Shown: in pieces, positions 34,995-49,300 of the stretch
Layout of the letters: the number at the start of each line of letters is the position of its first letter
Position numbering within the stretch: the stretch's first letter is position 1
Assembly (NCBI RefSeq): GCF_018350175.1
Contig: NC_058373.1
Span: 74,462,001 to 74,526,000 of the forward strand
Direction of reading: 5' to 3'
Source: Felis catus
Lineage: Eukaryota
Length of the DNA stretch: 64,000 bases
Translations under genes and position numbers: made by a program
The notes under the pieces: generated by a model
Database searches by the model: none
The model's input: only the letters and a program-made list of their open reading frames with translations
Told to the model about the DNA's origin: nothing

Positions 34995-36230
34995 AGCGAA
35001 CTGAACTAGGTCTGGGTGGTGGTGGTGGTGGTGCTGCCGCTGTTGGTGGAAGGTCGGCTTTCCTCCTGGCGGAATGCCCCCACGTTGGCCTGGCCCAGTG
35101 CTGTACCCCTAGGAGGAGAACGCCAGTGGGGTGGAGCAGAAGAGGAGGGAGGGGCGGGGCAGGTAAGGGCCCAGTGAAAGCCTGGGGCAGCTTTGCTATT
35201 AAAACTGAAGCCTCAAATTGGGTCAACCCTGTGTGTGGGGCGTGTGTGTATAATGGGGAATTAGGGTTGCTGCTGGGCGCTCTTCTGGGGATCCTTCTCA
35301 ACAGTTGAGAGGCACATCGCATCCTGTGCTTTTCAGTTTTGGAAGGGACACAAAGATACAGAAACCAGAATCCCCTCTCCTCCCCCATTCTGAGGCAGGT
35401 GCCCTGCCCATCATACTTAGAGCACAGGTCCTACAGACTCCTGAAGGAGCAGATGGAAGAAGGCCACCCATGTGGGCTTATCATGCCAGACTCCCTGAAT
35501 CAGCAGATGAGCTGAGAAAATAGCACAGCTCTGGGACCTTTACCCTGAAGCTTATGATAGGTATCGCTGTTACCATAACTCCAACTTCCTGCCACTCAGC
35601 TTTGTCCTTTCAGTGGGCAATGTTCTAGGGCACTGCCTGCCCTCCCCTCATCTCCCAAGGAGGCCTCACTTAAGAACCAAGTCATCGGATCTTAGCCCCT
35701 GGAATTCTGGACATTAACATTCTGCCAGCCCCTAAAATACACTCAGAAGCAGGTTGAGGCTGAGGGCCCTCTGTGCCAGTCATCATTCTTAGGAAATTAA
35801 GATTCCTGTAAGTGAGAGGGATGAGTCATTCTTTCCGAGGGATGACTGTTTTAGAGAGCCTTGGACTGGCTCTGTCCTGACAGCATTTTAGAAAGATGGT
35901 AGCAGAAATGGCAGCGGAGTACTTTTTGAATCTCTCCCATAAACAAAGACCAACTAGGAGAAAGACCAAAAATCCAAAATGTGCAGTATCTGTAACAAAC
36001 CTAGGGTGTCAAGATACCTCCCACAGACTGCTAAAAATGTGTGGGGAATAAGCTTAGGAATTCCCTGAGCTTGCACCTATGGGTTAACAAAGTCACAGGA
36101 GGAAAGCATCCAAGATTAGGTAAACAGGGCAAAAGCGCCCCCAGTATAGAACAAAGGCATAGAGGAATAGGAAGCCACAGGATGAAAGCATCCAACATTA
36201 GGCAATCAGGGCGGAAGTGCCCCAAAATAG

Positions 36231-36716
36231 TGCAATAGCAGAAAGCTGCTTTCACAGGAGGGAAGGACCAGAATAGGTAAGCAAGTAAACAAGGTTATAG
36301 ACCTCAGCAGGGCGAAGTTGCCTGGAGCGGAGCTAATTAGCAAAAGAAAGGAGCCTTGTTGACCCTGAGGTAGCCTGCTCTGTCTTATCCCCCAGGCAAG
36401 CTAAGATAAACAGACACGTTGCCTTGTGCCTGCCATAAACAACCATCTGCCCGGCTCTGGGATTTTGTTTTGTATTGACCCAAACCCTAACACCGCATAT
36501 CCTCAAAAACCCCTTTTCTCTCACACATATGAATTAATGTTCACGGTTTCATTGTCTCTTTGTGCACGTCCATCACGTTTGTAAGCCTTCTGATCCTAAT
36601 AAAAACGGGGCAAGGAGGCTCTTGTCTCCTCCCCAACATTAGCCTCTCTCACATTTTAATTCTGCATCCTCTCTCTTACTGGACAAGAGAGAACTCCAGA
36701 CCCAGAGTCTACGACA
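36231..36716 (+). mobile_element. Solo LTR, apparently inserted in an older L1-like fragment
   Basis: TG...CA ends with AATAG on both flanks (36226-36230, 36717-36721); AATAAA 36598-36603. 5' boundary less certain. Confidence 0.6.
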
Positions 36717-37357
36717 AATAGGAGGTAGGCGTGAACCTTGGATGCTTCAAGACCTACATAGTATCAGCATCTGCACAGAAGGATGCAGAAGGAAGCAAGA
36801 GGGCATTTGAGGGATCTGTGAACAAGAGAATCCCAAAACCGTCTACAGGTCTTGGCTGGAAAGTATGCGCCAACTTGACGACAGCAGCTGAAACAGGGAG
36901 GGACCTGATAGATCATCTCCTAAGCCTTTCATCCATGCTGTATAGTAAGCACATAATAGGTGCTTATTTAGTATATAGAGAATGAATAAAGGTCAAATGA
37001 CATTCTCAGCTATTCCTTTCCAATATTTGTGGGTGGGGAGCAGGAAAAGACAAATCCCTATTTTGAGCCATGTGGCTAAATTTCTTTATGCTTCCAAGGT
37101 GTACAAAATACTGGAATCAGGCAGGGAGGCTGAGGCAGTCCTCTTCTTGAGCTTGTGAAAAAGAATCACTCCTCTCCAGCACACTCATGATCACCCTTGC
37201 ATATACACAAACACTCACTTTAGCTTGGGAAGAAGCAAGTTTAGCTTGCTGAGAGGCAAGGAGAAGGTGATCTGCAGCTATACCAGAAGCTTCTGACACC
37301 AATTGGCTCCCATCATACCAGAGTCTTTTTATTGAGGATCTTAGGATGATGGGGGTC

Positions 37358-40300
37358 TCAGCCTAGGGTGGCCGAGGGAGGTCCAGTTCGTGCCAAATCT
37401 GTGTTCAGAAAGTAGGTGCAGAGCTGCCCTTTGCCTTTGACCTTGATGATACCCCGGCTGTAGCAGGTGTAGCCTAAGGACTGCAGCACCCGGGCCGTCT
37501 CTTCAGTCACCTGGGATTGAAAGGGTGTGAGTCAGAAGTGTGGGGGAGGCCCTATCCTTATCCCCCTACCCCATGCCTCCAATGCAGCCTCCTCACCTGG
37601 ATCTTGCCCAGGACTCCTGTACTCTCCATGCGGCTGGCCACGTTCACTGTGTTGCCCCAGATGTCATACTGCGGCTTCTGGGCCCCGATCACTCCAGCCA
37701 CTACAGGTCCGTGATTCAACCCTGACAAGAGGTATGGTAGAGAGGAGCCCTGGGTGGGTGGATTTGAGGAGGGAGAGGGGAAGAGGACACTCCAGGAATT
37801 AGGGTGAAGGGCCTGGAGGCCTTAGAGGAAAGGGCCTGGAGGGGTGTGGCTTAGGGAAGGGGTGGCTGAGCCTCAGAGCTCCTGGCCCAGCAGCTTCATG
37901 CTCCATCCCCAGGGATGAGGCTGGAGGGGGTCCAGGGTGAGCTGGGGAGTAGCTAACAAAGAGCCTGAGGGAGCCAGAGCTTGGGAAGGTGAGGAGGAGG
38001 TTCCAGACTGCCCTAGCGAGGGAGGGTCCTCACCCACACGCAAGCGGAAGTTGTTGAAAGAGTGCTTATTGATGACGTCCAGCTTTGATCCAAGAGCCAC
38101 CGCAAACTCCACCATGGTGCCAAGGTGGCTGCAGCTGCGCTCAGCGTCCTAGCAACGGGGCCGGCCCACCAGGATGGGTCAATGAGGACCCCCCAGTGAG
38201 AGCCCAGACGAAGGTTGGTAGGTAAAGAAGGGATTCTGTACCTGCTGTGCGTCCTGTCCGGAGGTGGCATTTAAGCCTGTAGCTGCCATGTAGGTGCTAC
38301 CGATGGTTTTGATCTTCTCCACCCCGCTAAACTTGGGCTTTGAGAGCAGCTGTATAGAAAGGAAGCTGTGTCCCCAGTCTTTCTTGCTCTCTCCTGCCTC
38401 CCTCTCAGAGGCCCAGCCCCAGGCCTTTGGAGACTAAAGGACCAGGTTGTGAGGACAGGGATGGTGGCAGGAGGGAGAGTGGATAGTGAGCAGAGTTTCC
38501 AGAGAGCTAGGGGATTGGAGGAGGAGTGGCAGGGCCGGGGAGAGGGGGATGGACCCCTGGCTGGAAACTAAATTGGCAGGAGGGACTGGTGGGAAATTCT
38601 AGCATCCAGGACAAAGGGTCCAGGGGAAGCTTGGAGTTGTCACCTCATCAAAATCAGCAATTATCTCATTGAGCAGCCGCAGACACTCTAGACCCTCGTG
38701 GTTTATGTTGGACTCAGAGTAAAACTCCTTGAAGTCTGGAACTGAGGCGAACAGGACACAGACACACTCATAGGACTGGTGGTAGAGGTCCTGGAGGGTG
38801 GGATGCTGGGTTGAGGGAGCAAGTCATGGTCTTCCCCCTTCTGAGCCTGCATGGGCCCTCCTCCCTGTGTCCGTACTCCTACCCCTCTATTTAAGAAGGA
38901 TCGGAAAGGAGGGAGAGGGGTAGGGCCAGGTTACCCCAGGGATGTATGACTTGGGAGTCAAAGATTGGGTCTCATTATGATTCCAGGAGAGACAGGGGTT
39001 TGGAGTCAGGATCACCTCATAGCCACGTGAAGGGAGTCTCTTCAAGAGCTGGGATCCTGTCAGCGGGAATCATCTTTCTATCATATCTCATTGCCGAAAG
39101 GTGTTAAGTCAACTAAGTCAGCTTACAAAGATAGCTACAACTTGGAAGATAAAGTAATAGGGAAAAGGGGCCAAAAGGAAAATAAAGGTAAGATAAGGTA
39201 AGAAAAGGTAAGAAAATAAAGGTAAGATTTGAAGTCGGTTCACAAAATGGGTGCCATAAGGTCCCTGTGAGTCCTAGATTCTGGCTCTGAGCTTTCTAGT
39301 AGCCAATGTGAAGCTAGAAACAGGAGCAATGACAAGATTCCCAGTGTCTGTAAGAGAAGGAGGCAGGAGATGTAGACCTACTGCTGATCTTGAGAGCAGA
39401 GAGCAAGTGGTGGGGGCAGGAAGCTGTGAAGTAGCCCCTGGCCTGTTTCTTTTAACATTCCTCAAGATGGACCAAGAGCATTTCCACAGCAGATACGGTG
39501 AAGTAGTGGTGGCAAAAATAAAATGGTGCAACTATGTGGGTGACCTTCTGATGGTCTATGGCAAGATGTTTACGGATATAGATTAGCATCTTCCAATGGG
39601 AAACCCTGTGCTGATGGAAAGTTCTACATATGGGATGCCCAATACGGCATCTACTAGCCATAGGCAGCTGTTAGATCCTTGAAATGTGGCCAGTGAGACA
39701 GAGGAATTGAATTTTCCATTTTAATTCATTTAAATTTAAAGGGCCACACATGGCTAATGGCTACCATCCCGGATAGTGCAGGCCCAGAGAGATGGATGGA
39801 CTGTGTCCTCCACACAACTCCCATCAACACTTGAAGAAGCTTCTGGAAGGCGTGGAGTGGTCATGAGTTGGAGAGGACGCTCCTTCTAAGTAAGAACTTG
39901 GAACAGAGGCTCTGTGCTCAGCAGACAAAGACTAAGAGCCTATGAAAATGTCAGGCGCCTATGTGACAGGGACAGAGACTTGGGTGACCACTTAACTACT
40001 GTGGGGGAGTCCAAAGAGGATGGGCTAAGGGCCAAGGTTTTCATCCAAAATTGGTCCCTATGGCATCTGAGGCTGAGGAGTCAGGGGCGGGGAGTCACCT
40101 CGTTGCGCCGGTTCTGGCCAATGAACTGGGGGGCCACATGTGCAGGGAGCACATTCTCCAACAGCAGCCGAGTTAGGTTCTCCATGGTCTCTGTCTCCTC
40201 CTGCTCCTGCCGCAGCTTCTTCTTCCACAGGAAGTCCAGCCGGCAGTAATACTCATTCTGGCAGGGTCAGCAGGGGCCCAAGGGGAGACACAGTGCACGG

Positions 40301-43300
40301 GAAACCTCAGCTCCTGTGTGCTCCCCCTTCCCCCATTCCTTGATGCTTAAACCACACCCCCTCCCCCGAGTCTAGAGAGAAGCCTCAAGGTGCAACTATC
40401 CCTGGGGAGGCTACCTTGAAAATAGATTCAAACTAGGGTAGACAGAATTGGCAGCAGATTCTTTCTTATAGGTGGGTTTTCCTAGGTTGGGGTGGGAGGG
40501 ATGAGGGAGGGAGAATTTGAAGGCACCTCCCTTGGGGGGGGGAGGTGAAGGAGAAAGAAACGGAGCAGGAAGGTTCACTTAGAAGCTTCCAATGGGCACA
40601 CTATTTCGCCTCAACCCCGAAGGCATAAGATTTGAGGGAAAGAGTGAGAGAGAGACCAAGTCACAAATATGGGGACCCCCACCTCACCCTTCAAAAGGAG
40701 GCCCTGGAGGGCTGAGATGGGTGACTTACCTGCCGAGCCAGGACCAGGAGGGTGAAGAAGAAGATGAAGAAGGAGATAGCTCCCATCAGTTTGGGCTCCT
40801 TCAGCACCCCTGGCCTGAGGAGGCCACGGATCAGGATTGCCCCTGCCCTGCACCTTCCCGATGGCCTCCTCCCTACCCTCAGTGCCCATGTAGCCCACAG
40901 TCACCCTCCCCCTTTGCCCTGTGGGTGGATGGTTCAGGTCAGGGAGGTAAGGACAGCTCTGCTCCGCTCCCAGGGGGCCTGAGCACCTCTGTCCAGTGGC
41001 CGTGCACACCTGGAGTCCGAGGGATCCGGATAGAGGCGGGCGATGAGGCAGTCGGACAGCCAGGCGTGGGAGTGCAGGAAGAGGGAGCAGGAGGCCCCCA
41101 GCCATAGCAGGAGCAGCAGCAACTTCAGCTCGAAGCTCATGTGCAAAAAGAGGGAGCAGGACAGGAACCCCAGCACGCAGCAGTGCATAGAGTACTGTGG
41201 GGCCAAGTAGGGTGGTCAAGAGGCGGGGCATATCCCACAGGTAGGGGTGGGAGAATATCCCGGGGCTCCTGGCCTGCCCCTCCCCGGGCCCACGACCTAT
41301 CTGGGGAGTAGGCGGTGTCATACATACAAACACACACCGAGTGTAATTTACGTCTGTCCCAATCCACAGCATGGAACGTTCAACCAAGGAGGTGGGGGAG
41401 GGGCCAAGGAAGGCTCTGGAGAGAGAGTTTCAGGGCTGTGAGGAATACTCACGGGGACGCTGATGAGAGGCAGGGACCCAGGGAGCTCCCAGGAGATGTT
41501 GAAAGCCATGGAGGACACATTGAGAGTCCCAAAAGGGCAGTTTGATGCTGCCGGTAAGAAGAACTGCAGAAGGAAGTGAAGAGCTGAGGTGGGCAGGCAG
41601 CTCCCTGGGCACGATGGTGGCTTGTGCTGGGGTTCAGCTGACTTAGGGATGGGTCAGAGCCAGACCCCTCCAAAGAGGGGGATTATGCTATTCCTGGCTG
41701 GTGAGGGAGGCTTAGCGCAGGGGTCCTCACTGGGGGGTCAGGGATGGGAAGAGCAGGTGTCCTGAGCATGAGTCTGCCACGGATCCACTGTGTGATCTCT
41801 TGCCAGCCACTTAGCCTCTCTGGGCCTCAGGTTCCTCTTCTGTTACTTGGCTGGCGGGGGGGGGGTGTGATTCCTAAGGTGTCTTTCAGGGATAGAATTC
41901 TAGGAATGACTATAAATTCTGAAAACTCAGGGGCGCCTGGGTGGCTCAGTCAGTTAAGTGTCTGACTTCAGCTCAGGTAATGATCTCACGGTTCGTGGGA
42001 CTGAGTCCTGCGTCAGGCTCTGAGCTGTCAGCACAGCTCGGATTCTGCCTCCCTTTCTCGCTCTCTGCCCCTCCCCCACCCATACTCTGTCTCTCAAAAA
42101 TAATAAATGTTCAAAATAATCAAAACAAAACAAAGTCTGAAAACTCAGCCAAACTCAGCTACAAGGTCATAATGAGCAAGCTAAACAGTGAAGATCTGCC
42201 TCCACAGAATAGATATGCTCAGGTGGCAGATTAATTTTTTTCTTTTATACTTGTCCAACATTGCCAGAATGTTGGCCTTATTCCGGCTGTCCTCCCAAAT
42301 CCCAGGGGTCCCCTTTCAGCTTCTGACAGCTCAAACAGGCCCTGATGGGGGTACGTAGGGCCCCCCCACTGCCCTCACCAGGCTGGGAATGGCCATCACA
42401 AAAACCAGGAGGATGGTAGCTGTGCCCAGGGCAACTCGCAGTCCGGGCCGTGTGGCCACCAAGCCAGACAGTGCCGGCAGCCAGTGCAGCATCTTGGGGC
42501 CTTTCAAGACACACCTCTGCAGAAGGAGCACAGGAATCTTAGCCGTGGGGCTGGGACACCCAGGTCACAGTGAGGGCCCAGCTCACCACTTCCACCCCCC
42601 AGCCCACCTCACCGTCAGGTGCTCTGAGAAGCAGACGAAGAGGAGGAGGAGGAAGAGGAGGAAGGTGATGCTATAGGTGATGGCCAGAGCTGGGGGCCTA
42701 AAGGGAGATAAGAGTGAGGCTTTGAAAGTCAGAATCAGCTCTGTGTGCTGGGAGGGTGCTGTGCCACCCAGTTGGGAGATGTGGGGAGGAGGAGTCCTGG
42801 GGATCTGAACTGGCTACCAGTGGGGACTGGGCTGATGAAAGGCATTGCCTGCTGATGCTCTGGGAAAGTTGAGGGGTCTAGGGCAGTGGTGGGGTAGGGC
42901 AGGAACTATAAGGTGGGGACAATAGTGGAAGGGGGCAGGAGGCTCACAAAGGGGCCAAGGCTACATCAGGCCAGTCTCTGGGCCTTCAGGGCAAAGCTCT
43001 TCTTCTACCTGGCTGAGTTCTGGACAAGTCCCTGCAGACCCTCCTAGCCATGGACTAAAAACAAGGACCTACTTTCTAAGCTCATTTCCTGTGAGATTTG
43101 GGCTTCTCAATGAAAATAGAACCTGCTTCATTGAAAAGTTGTTTGAATTGAGAGACAGGCTTGTGAAAGTGCTTGGGTTATATAGAAAGCCCACGAGATG
43201 TACGATAGTAAAATGAGGGCTATGATTATCACTGTTTCCCCAGAACACATGTTTCCTCTGTGGGTCAGTGTCCGAAACTAAGGGAAAGTCGGTAAAGAAG

Positions 43301-46300
43301 AAAATGTGGGTCAAGGATCAAAAAGTCTATACATGGGAATCAGGGCCCCTCTTGCCTGGGGCTCTCACCTGTTTGTCACCAGCATCTGGATGATGAAATT
43401 GGAAAGGAAAACCAGGAAGGTGCAGGCTGCATAGTATTTGAAGGCGGGGAGGGCAGAGAGTCGGTACTGGAAGGGAAGGGGGGGTCAGTGTGGAGACAGG
43501 GGCCACTAGGGCTGCCCATCATCTCGGAGGTGTCAATTCCAGGCAAGAACAGGTGTCTCAGCCTCCCCACCCACCCTCCAGTTCAGTCTCAGGTAGCCCC
43601 TACTGGTTCTCCAAGGAACTGCCCTCCTCCCTCCCATCCCCACCTAGAAACTCAATCTATAGGGTGACAGCCATTTGGAGAGAGGTACAAGCCCCTCACC
43701 CCAGGATCACAAACTGAGCAGACCTTGGAGGTGAGGTGGGACCACAGGGCTTGCCCCCTTCCCAAGGCCAAGGCACTAAGGTTGGAAAATTCTCTAACCT
43801 TGTGTCACCCCCCACCCACCCCAGCCCACCTCTTTCTCCAGTTCCTTCTTTCTGAAGTACAGTGTCAGTGGGTTGAAGTCCTTTGACTGCCTCCACTGTC
43901 TGGTAGGAGGTGGGGGGCCATGAGCCCCGGAGAGGAAAGGGCAGGGCAGGGTGGGTGGAGGGGTGGTCAGGTGCATGTTTCCCTGGAGTAGAGTAGGGAA
44001 GCCCCCCCCACTTCCCTCTGGGTCATTAGGGGAGCACATCCCTCCTGTACCACAGAAGCCCAGCTCCCAACCCCTCCCAGTCCTCTTCTGTTCTCCATAC
44101 TTCTGAGAGTTGAGCTGTTCGATGACCTGGAAGAACTTGGCATCCCCAGTGTCCAGGTCATCATCTAGCCCCCGGGGGGTACGGCTCCTGCAGAGTGACA
44201 GCCCAGCCTGTCACCACAGGAGGCCCTCAACATATCTGGGTGAAGCAGGTACAGCCCCCCCACCCCCAGGAAGGATGGGGGCAGGTCACCCCAGGGACTC
44301 CTCACCGGTCCAGGCTCCACTGGGGGCTGAAGGAAGCCAGGGCCTTCTCCTGTTGGGAGAACACAGCAAAGAGGGGGATGAGGTGATGCTGAGCATCCCT
44401 GAAGCCTCTCTGCAGTGAGGGGTTCCATATCTACACATGTCCTTGGCCTTGAGCATTTGGCATGAGTGTTTTCCCTGCCTCTAATGACTTCCTCTCTCCA
44501 TCAAATCCCATCTGCCCTTAAGGGAAGGATCAAACCACATTTATTCTTTAAATTTCTTGTGGACTTGGGGTGCCTGGGTGGCTCAGTCATTTAAGAGTCT
44601 GACTTCAGCCCAGGTCATGATCTCACAGTTCGTGGGTTCGAGCCCCGCATCGGGCTCTGTGCTGTCAGTGTGGAGTCTGCTTTGGATTCTCTGTCCCCCT
44701 CTCTCTCTGCCCCTCCCTGNNNNNNNNNNNNNNNNNNNNNNNNNNNNNNNNNNNNNNNNNNNNNNNNNNNNNNNNNNNNNNNNNNNNNNNNNNNNNNNNN
44801 NNNNNNNNNNNNNNNNNNNNNNNNNNNNNNNNNNNNNNNNNNNNNNNNACTCTTTAGACACCCAGGCTCTTTATACTTTTATTTCCTCAGTCTCTACCCC
44901 TTGTGAGGCAACCCTGTATCTTCTGTAAGCTTGAGTGGCTGTCATCTTCCCTAAGGACTGAACAAATCCCAAAAGTCCTTGGTTTAAACTGAAGTGACAG
45001 TGAGAAAGTTCTGACTTGCTTGTGGTCAGGCTGAGCTGAGAAGTGGTGGGGGCAGAAGACAAAAAGTCTAGAAGAAAGGGAAAGAGAAAGGAAGAGAGAC
45101 AAACCTGGTCACAGTCATTCTTTCCTGCACCAAAACAAATGCGCACCGTGAGCAAACATATGAAAATAAGCAGGCAAGTAAAGCAGGTGAGAAAAGCCCC
45201 AAAGAAGAGAACGAAGCCAACGGCCACTGCCCAGGGCCAGGAGTCTGTGACTGTTCTTTTCTGCTCCCCTGGCTCATGCGGAGGAAGCAGGGTCACAGGG
45301 GGCCACATCATCCCCCCAAATCAAAACCCGGTGTATGGGGGGGGGGGAGGGAGATTAAGGGGTGTGTTCTAGGTATGAGCCCATCTATGCATCCAGGACT
45401 GAGCCTAACGTTCTTCAAACTACCTACCTGCCTCTCCACCTTGCTCAATGACTGTTTCTTGAAAACAGGGAAAACAATTTATTCATTTCTGTCTTCTCTA
45501 GAACTAGCCTAGTGCCTGCCACATTGTAGGTGCTTTAAGAGTGTAGAAGGAACAGGGTGCCTGGGTGGCTCAGTCAGTTGAACGACTGACTTCAGCTCAG
45601 GTCATGATCTTGTGGTTCGTGGGTTCTACCCACGTGGGGATGGATGGATGGATGGATGGATGTTATATACTAGCACCAACACTGCCCCACCACCCCAAGG
45701 TTCCCCATTGTTTAAATGTAAGCTGATGTGATTCTCAGGATTTCTAACATTTGACTGAGGGCCTGGTTACTTCACGGGCTTGGAAGTGAATTTCTGGGCT
45801 GGTGAGGTCCTGCCTTGGGAGCTACCCTCGAACCAGGAGTTCCTACTTCTTCACCCTGACACTTCTTAGCCTGCACACGAGTGGGGTTTCAGGGAGGTTT
45901 GGCATGGGTTCTAGGGGGCCTCTCACCATGGGGATTGCACTTACACCTAACATTGTCTCACAATTCCTGGGCTCCCAGCAAAGCCCACCCTCTACTCTGC
46001 CTCCATGCTGGAGACTCTATCCTGCAATAGTCAGCAGAGTCTTGGATTCTTTCTTCTTCTCCCTCCTGCCCGCTTAACCCTTCTGACGTCTCCCCTACCC
46101 CGTGTTAAGGATTGGAATTAGGTACTCTCCTAAACCACTGCTGCCAATGTCCCCCCATACCACAGTGTTTCACGGATCTCTGGCCTGCTTTCCTGCTGGG
46201 TGGGTGGGGAGGGGAGATGGAACACAGAAAGGGTGCTCTGAAGTCATCCCATATATCCAACTGGGTCTGGCAGAGAAGATTCAGAGAGTAAGATCTGCAG

Positions 46301-49300
46301 AAAGGTGGCTGGGAAAGTTTGGAGAAGATCAGATAAAATGGAGAAGAGCAGGCTGAGGACCCTAATCTTGGGGCAAGCCTTTGGGGACACAGCCTCAGTA
46401 ACTGTATGCATGGGTGTTCTGGCTGCTTGTCACCAAGCACCAACACGAAGAGCCAGCTGGTGGGAGAGATCCAGGCTCCTCCACCAGCTAGTGGGTCATG
46501 ATTACCAGAAGGTGCTATGCACAAGGTCAGCCAACCAAGCCCTGGTTACCTCTCTTCCCTCCCTCCTCAATCCCTGCCTGCTCAGAGTGACTTCTTTCAA
46601 GACCACATGCGATTTTCACTGTCACCTCATTTAATCCTTGTATAAACGCTGAGAGTAGGGGCAACAACTGATTTGCCCCCACCTTCCCAATTCTAGTGGG
46701 GATTAAAAAAGAGAGTGTGCAGTTTCAGGAAGGGAATTCAACAGAGACATTTCCTGGTGGGACTGAGTGTGAGCGCTGGCTTTAGAGCCAAGAGGAAGTA
46801 TGGTCTATACTTTTGGGGTACTGAGGGAAGGCTTCCTGAGTGGAGTTTGGGGAACAGTGAACATGGTGCCTATAGGATTTTGCATCTCAAGTGAGCTCAG
46901 AGGGCAGTGACCTTTGCCCTTTCTGGAAAGAAGGGTAAGGAAAAGCCTGAACCAGTGACTGGGGCAACCAGACAGTTCAGGACCTTAGGATGTCATCAAG
47001 TGACTCACTGGATGGGTGGGGGGAGGTTGGGAGAGGCAGTGGGGTGGGGTTATGTAAGTGCTAGGGCTCGCAGTGGAGTACACTTACCGGGAGAGGGGTA
47101 GAGGTGGACACAGGGCTCTCTAGGTGGCTCAGATGGGCAAAAGGCTTGGCGGCGCCCCAGGACTCCAGGTAGCGGGTCATCAGCAGCGACGGACGCATCT
47201 TGGGGCCCTCGAGAGAGGACAGCAACCCTCCTGCAGTGCCCTTCTCATCCTCCTCCTCAGCCTGGGGCATAGGAGGGCTGAAAGTCAATTTCACAAATGC
47301 TTTCCACATTCTCCCCACACCTCTTGGAAGGTTGTGTCACCTCCCCCTTGACGCACACACTGGGACCCAGGAATTCAGTCTCTGGTGTAGGAAAAGAGAT
47401 CAGGCCTGTTGGCTGTGGGTGGTTAGGATGGGCCAGCCCATGGGGTCCAGGCTGGGCTTTTACCCGGGGATCGATGACTAGGTAGGTAGGCTCCCCTAGC
47501 TCCCGAAGGTATGGGTCCCGGTGTTCCATGGCTGCATCCTCCACAGCATAAGCCCCTGCCAGCAGGGCCAGGGTAGCCCCTGTAATATGCACTCGTCTGG
47601 AAGGAGGGGGCAATGGGAGTCAGGACGGAGGGCGTGCAAACCTCTCCTTTCTTTCAAGGAGCCTTCCTGGAGGTCTGACTTTAAGCAAGGCCCTGTGCTA
47701 CCAGAGGTGTCTCCCGACCCCACTCCCTGCATGCCAGGATCTCCCTAAGCCCCACGTGGGATTGTGCTCATTTTAGGAAACTATGAACAGGATGACAGCA
47801 TGTGGGAGGCCCGGTTGGTTTCCTCCTGTGGCCTCCTGCAGCCCCACATCTCACCCTGGCACGCCACCCGCCTCCATGTGGTTGGCCAGTGTGACATCAT
47901 GGGACCAGACATCATACTGCCACTTCTGCAGCCCAATGACTCCGCAGAGCACACTGCCCGAATGCACGCCCACACGCATGTTGATGTCCACGCCAGTGGC
48001 TGCCCGGAGCTTCCTGAGCAGGGTATGTAGGGGACAATCTGAATGCTGCCTTCATCCCTACCCATGCCACACCCCTCCCTCCCTCTAAGAGGACTTCCAC
48101 TACCCTGTCTGCTCCTCCCCAATATCCATCCCTTGTTACCCCTCCTGCCCGTCCACCTGAGCTGACCTGATGGCCCGGCACATGTCCAGCCCCATGCGCA
48201 CGCAGTTGATGGCGTGGTCTGGCAGGGAGAGCGGTAGCCCAGAGACACAGTAGTAACAGTCTCCCAGGATCTTGATCCGCATGCATTCATGCTCCTGGGA
48301 GTGTGTGTGTGTGTGCAGGGGAAGGGGGGCACCTGGTTAGAGGCCAGAGGTACGAGGGAGCTGGGAGGAGTGGGAGCAAATGTGGCATTCCTGAAGAACC
48401 TCTGAGGCCGGAAGTCTCTGGGTCAGATCTAGGGACTCTCTCAACTTGCTATGGGACTGGCTGAGGTCTGTGGCTCTCCCCCAGCTCTGGCATGTGGAGG
48501 GTGTATTCAGATTTGAGCATATGAAAGTAGCCTCAAGACTGAGGTTTTCTGGGTGACACCCAAGATTAGGTTTGTTGGGGGCATCCCTGGGGGTCTGAAC
48601 AGGTGGCTGGACTGGGCTGAGGTTACACAGGGCAGACATTTCCCTTGGAAGGGCTCCCTAAGGTTAGAACATCTGAACATCCCCCTAGATTTGGCTGTGG
48701 TGTCCAGAGACACCTACATCGGGGCTCTGAGCATATCTGGGGGTGTTGTGGTTGGGACATTTGTGGAGTTGTTGACAAGTCTCTTCCAGGTTTGAGGTGT
48801 GTGGTGAGCAGCTCCACAGCTGGGGTTGTTTGAGAGGGTTTCCTACTTCCATTGGAATATCTTCCATTGGAATACATGGGCTCTGAAGTGGGACTAGGAT
48901 CTGAGGAGGCAGGTGTTTCCCTTGGAAGGGGCTCTCCAGGGTGGGGCACTTGAAGATCCCTGGGTGGGGAGGGAGGCCCCCTCTGACCTTGGCGATCTGG
49001 TCGAACTTGCCAAAGAGCTCGTTGAGCATGAGCACCAACTCCTTAGGAGAGCACTCACTGGCCAGCCGGGTGAAGCCCACGATGTCAGCATACAGCACAC
49101 TGGGCAGGGCAGACTGTGTCGGTGGGGCCAGAATCTCAGCCCACAGCCCCCTTCCCTGGGCCATCCTTTCTCATACCTGACTCCCTGGTGCCTCTTGACA
49201 TAGAGGCTGTGGAAGTTGTTGGTGCTTTCTGGCCGTGACCCCTGTCCAGCCTGCAGTCGTGCCATGATCTCTGCCTTCATCTCTCGGGCCAAGTAGGCAG

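Noticed and set aside
39179-39227. Short (aaggtaaga)-type tandem repeat resembling splice donors
   Set aside because: Simple slippage repeat, antisense to ADCY4 within an intron; no exon context.
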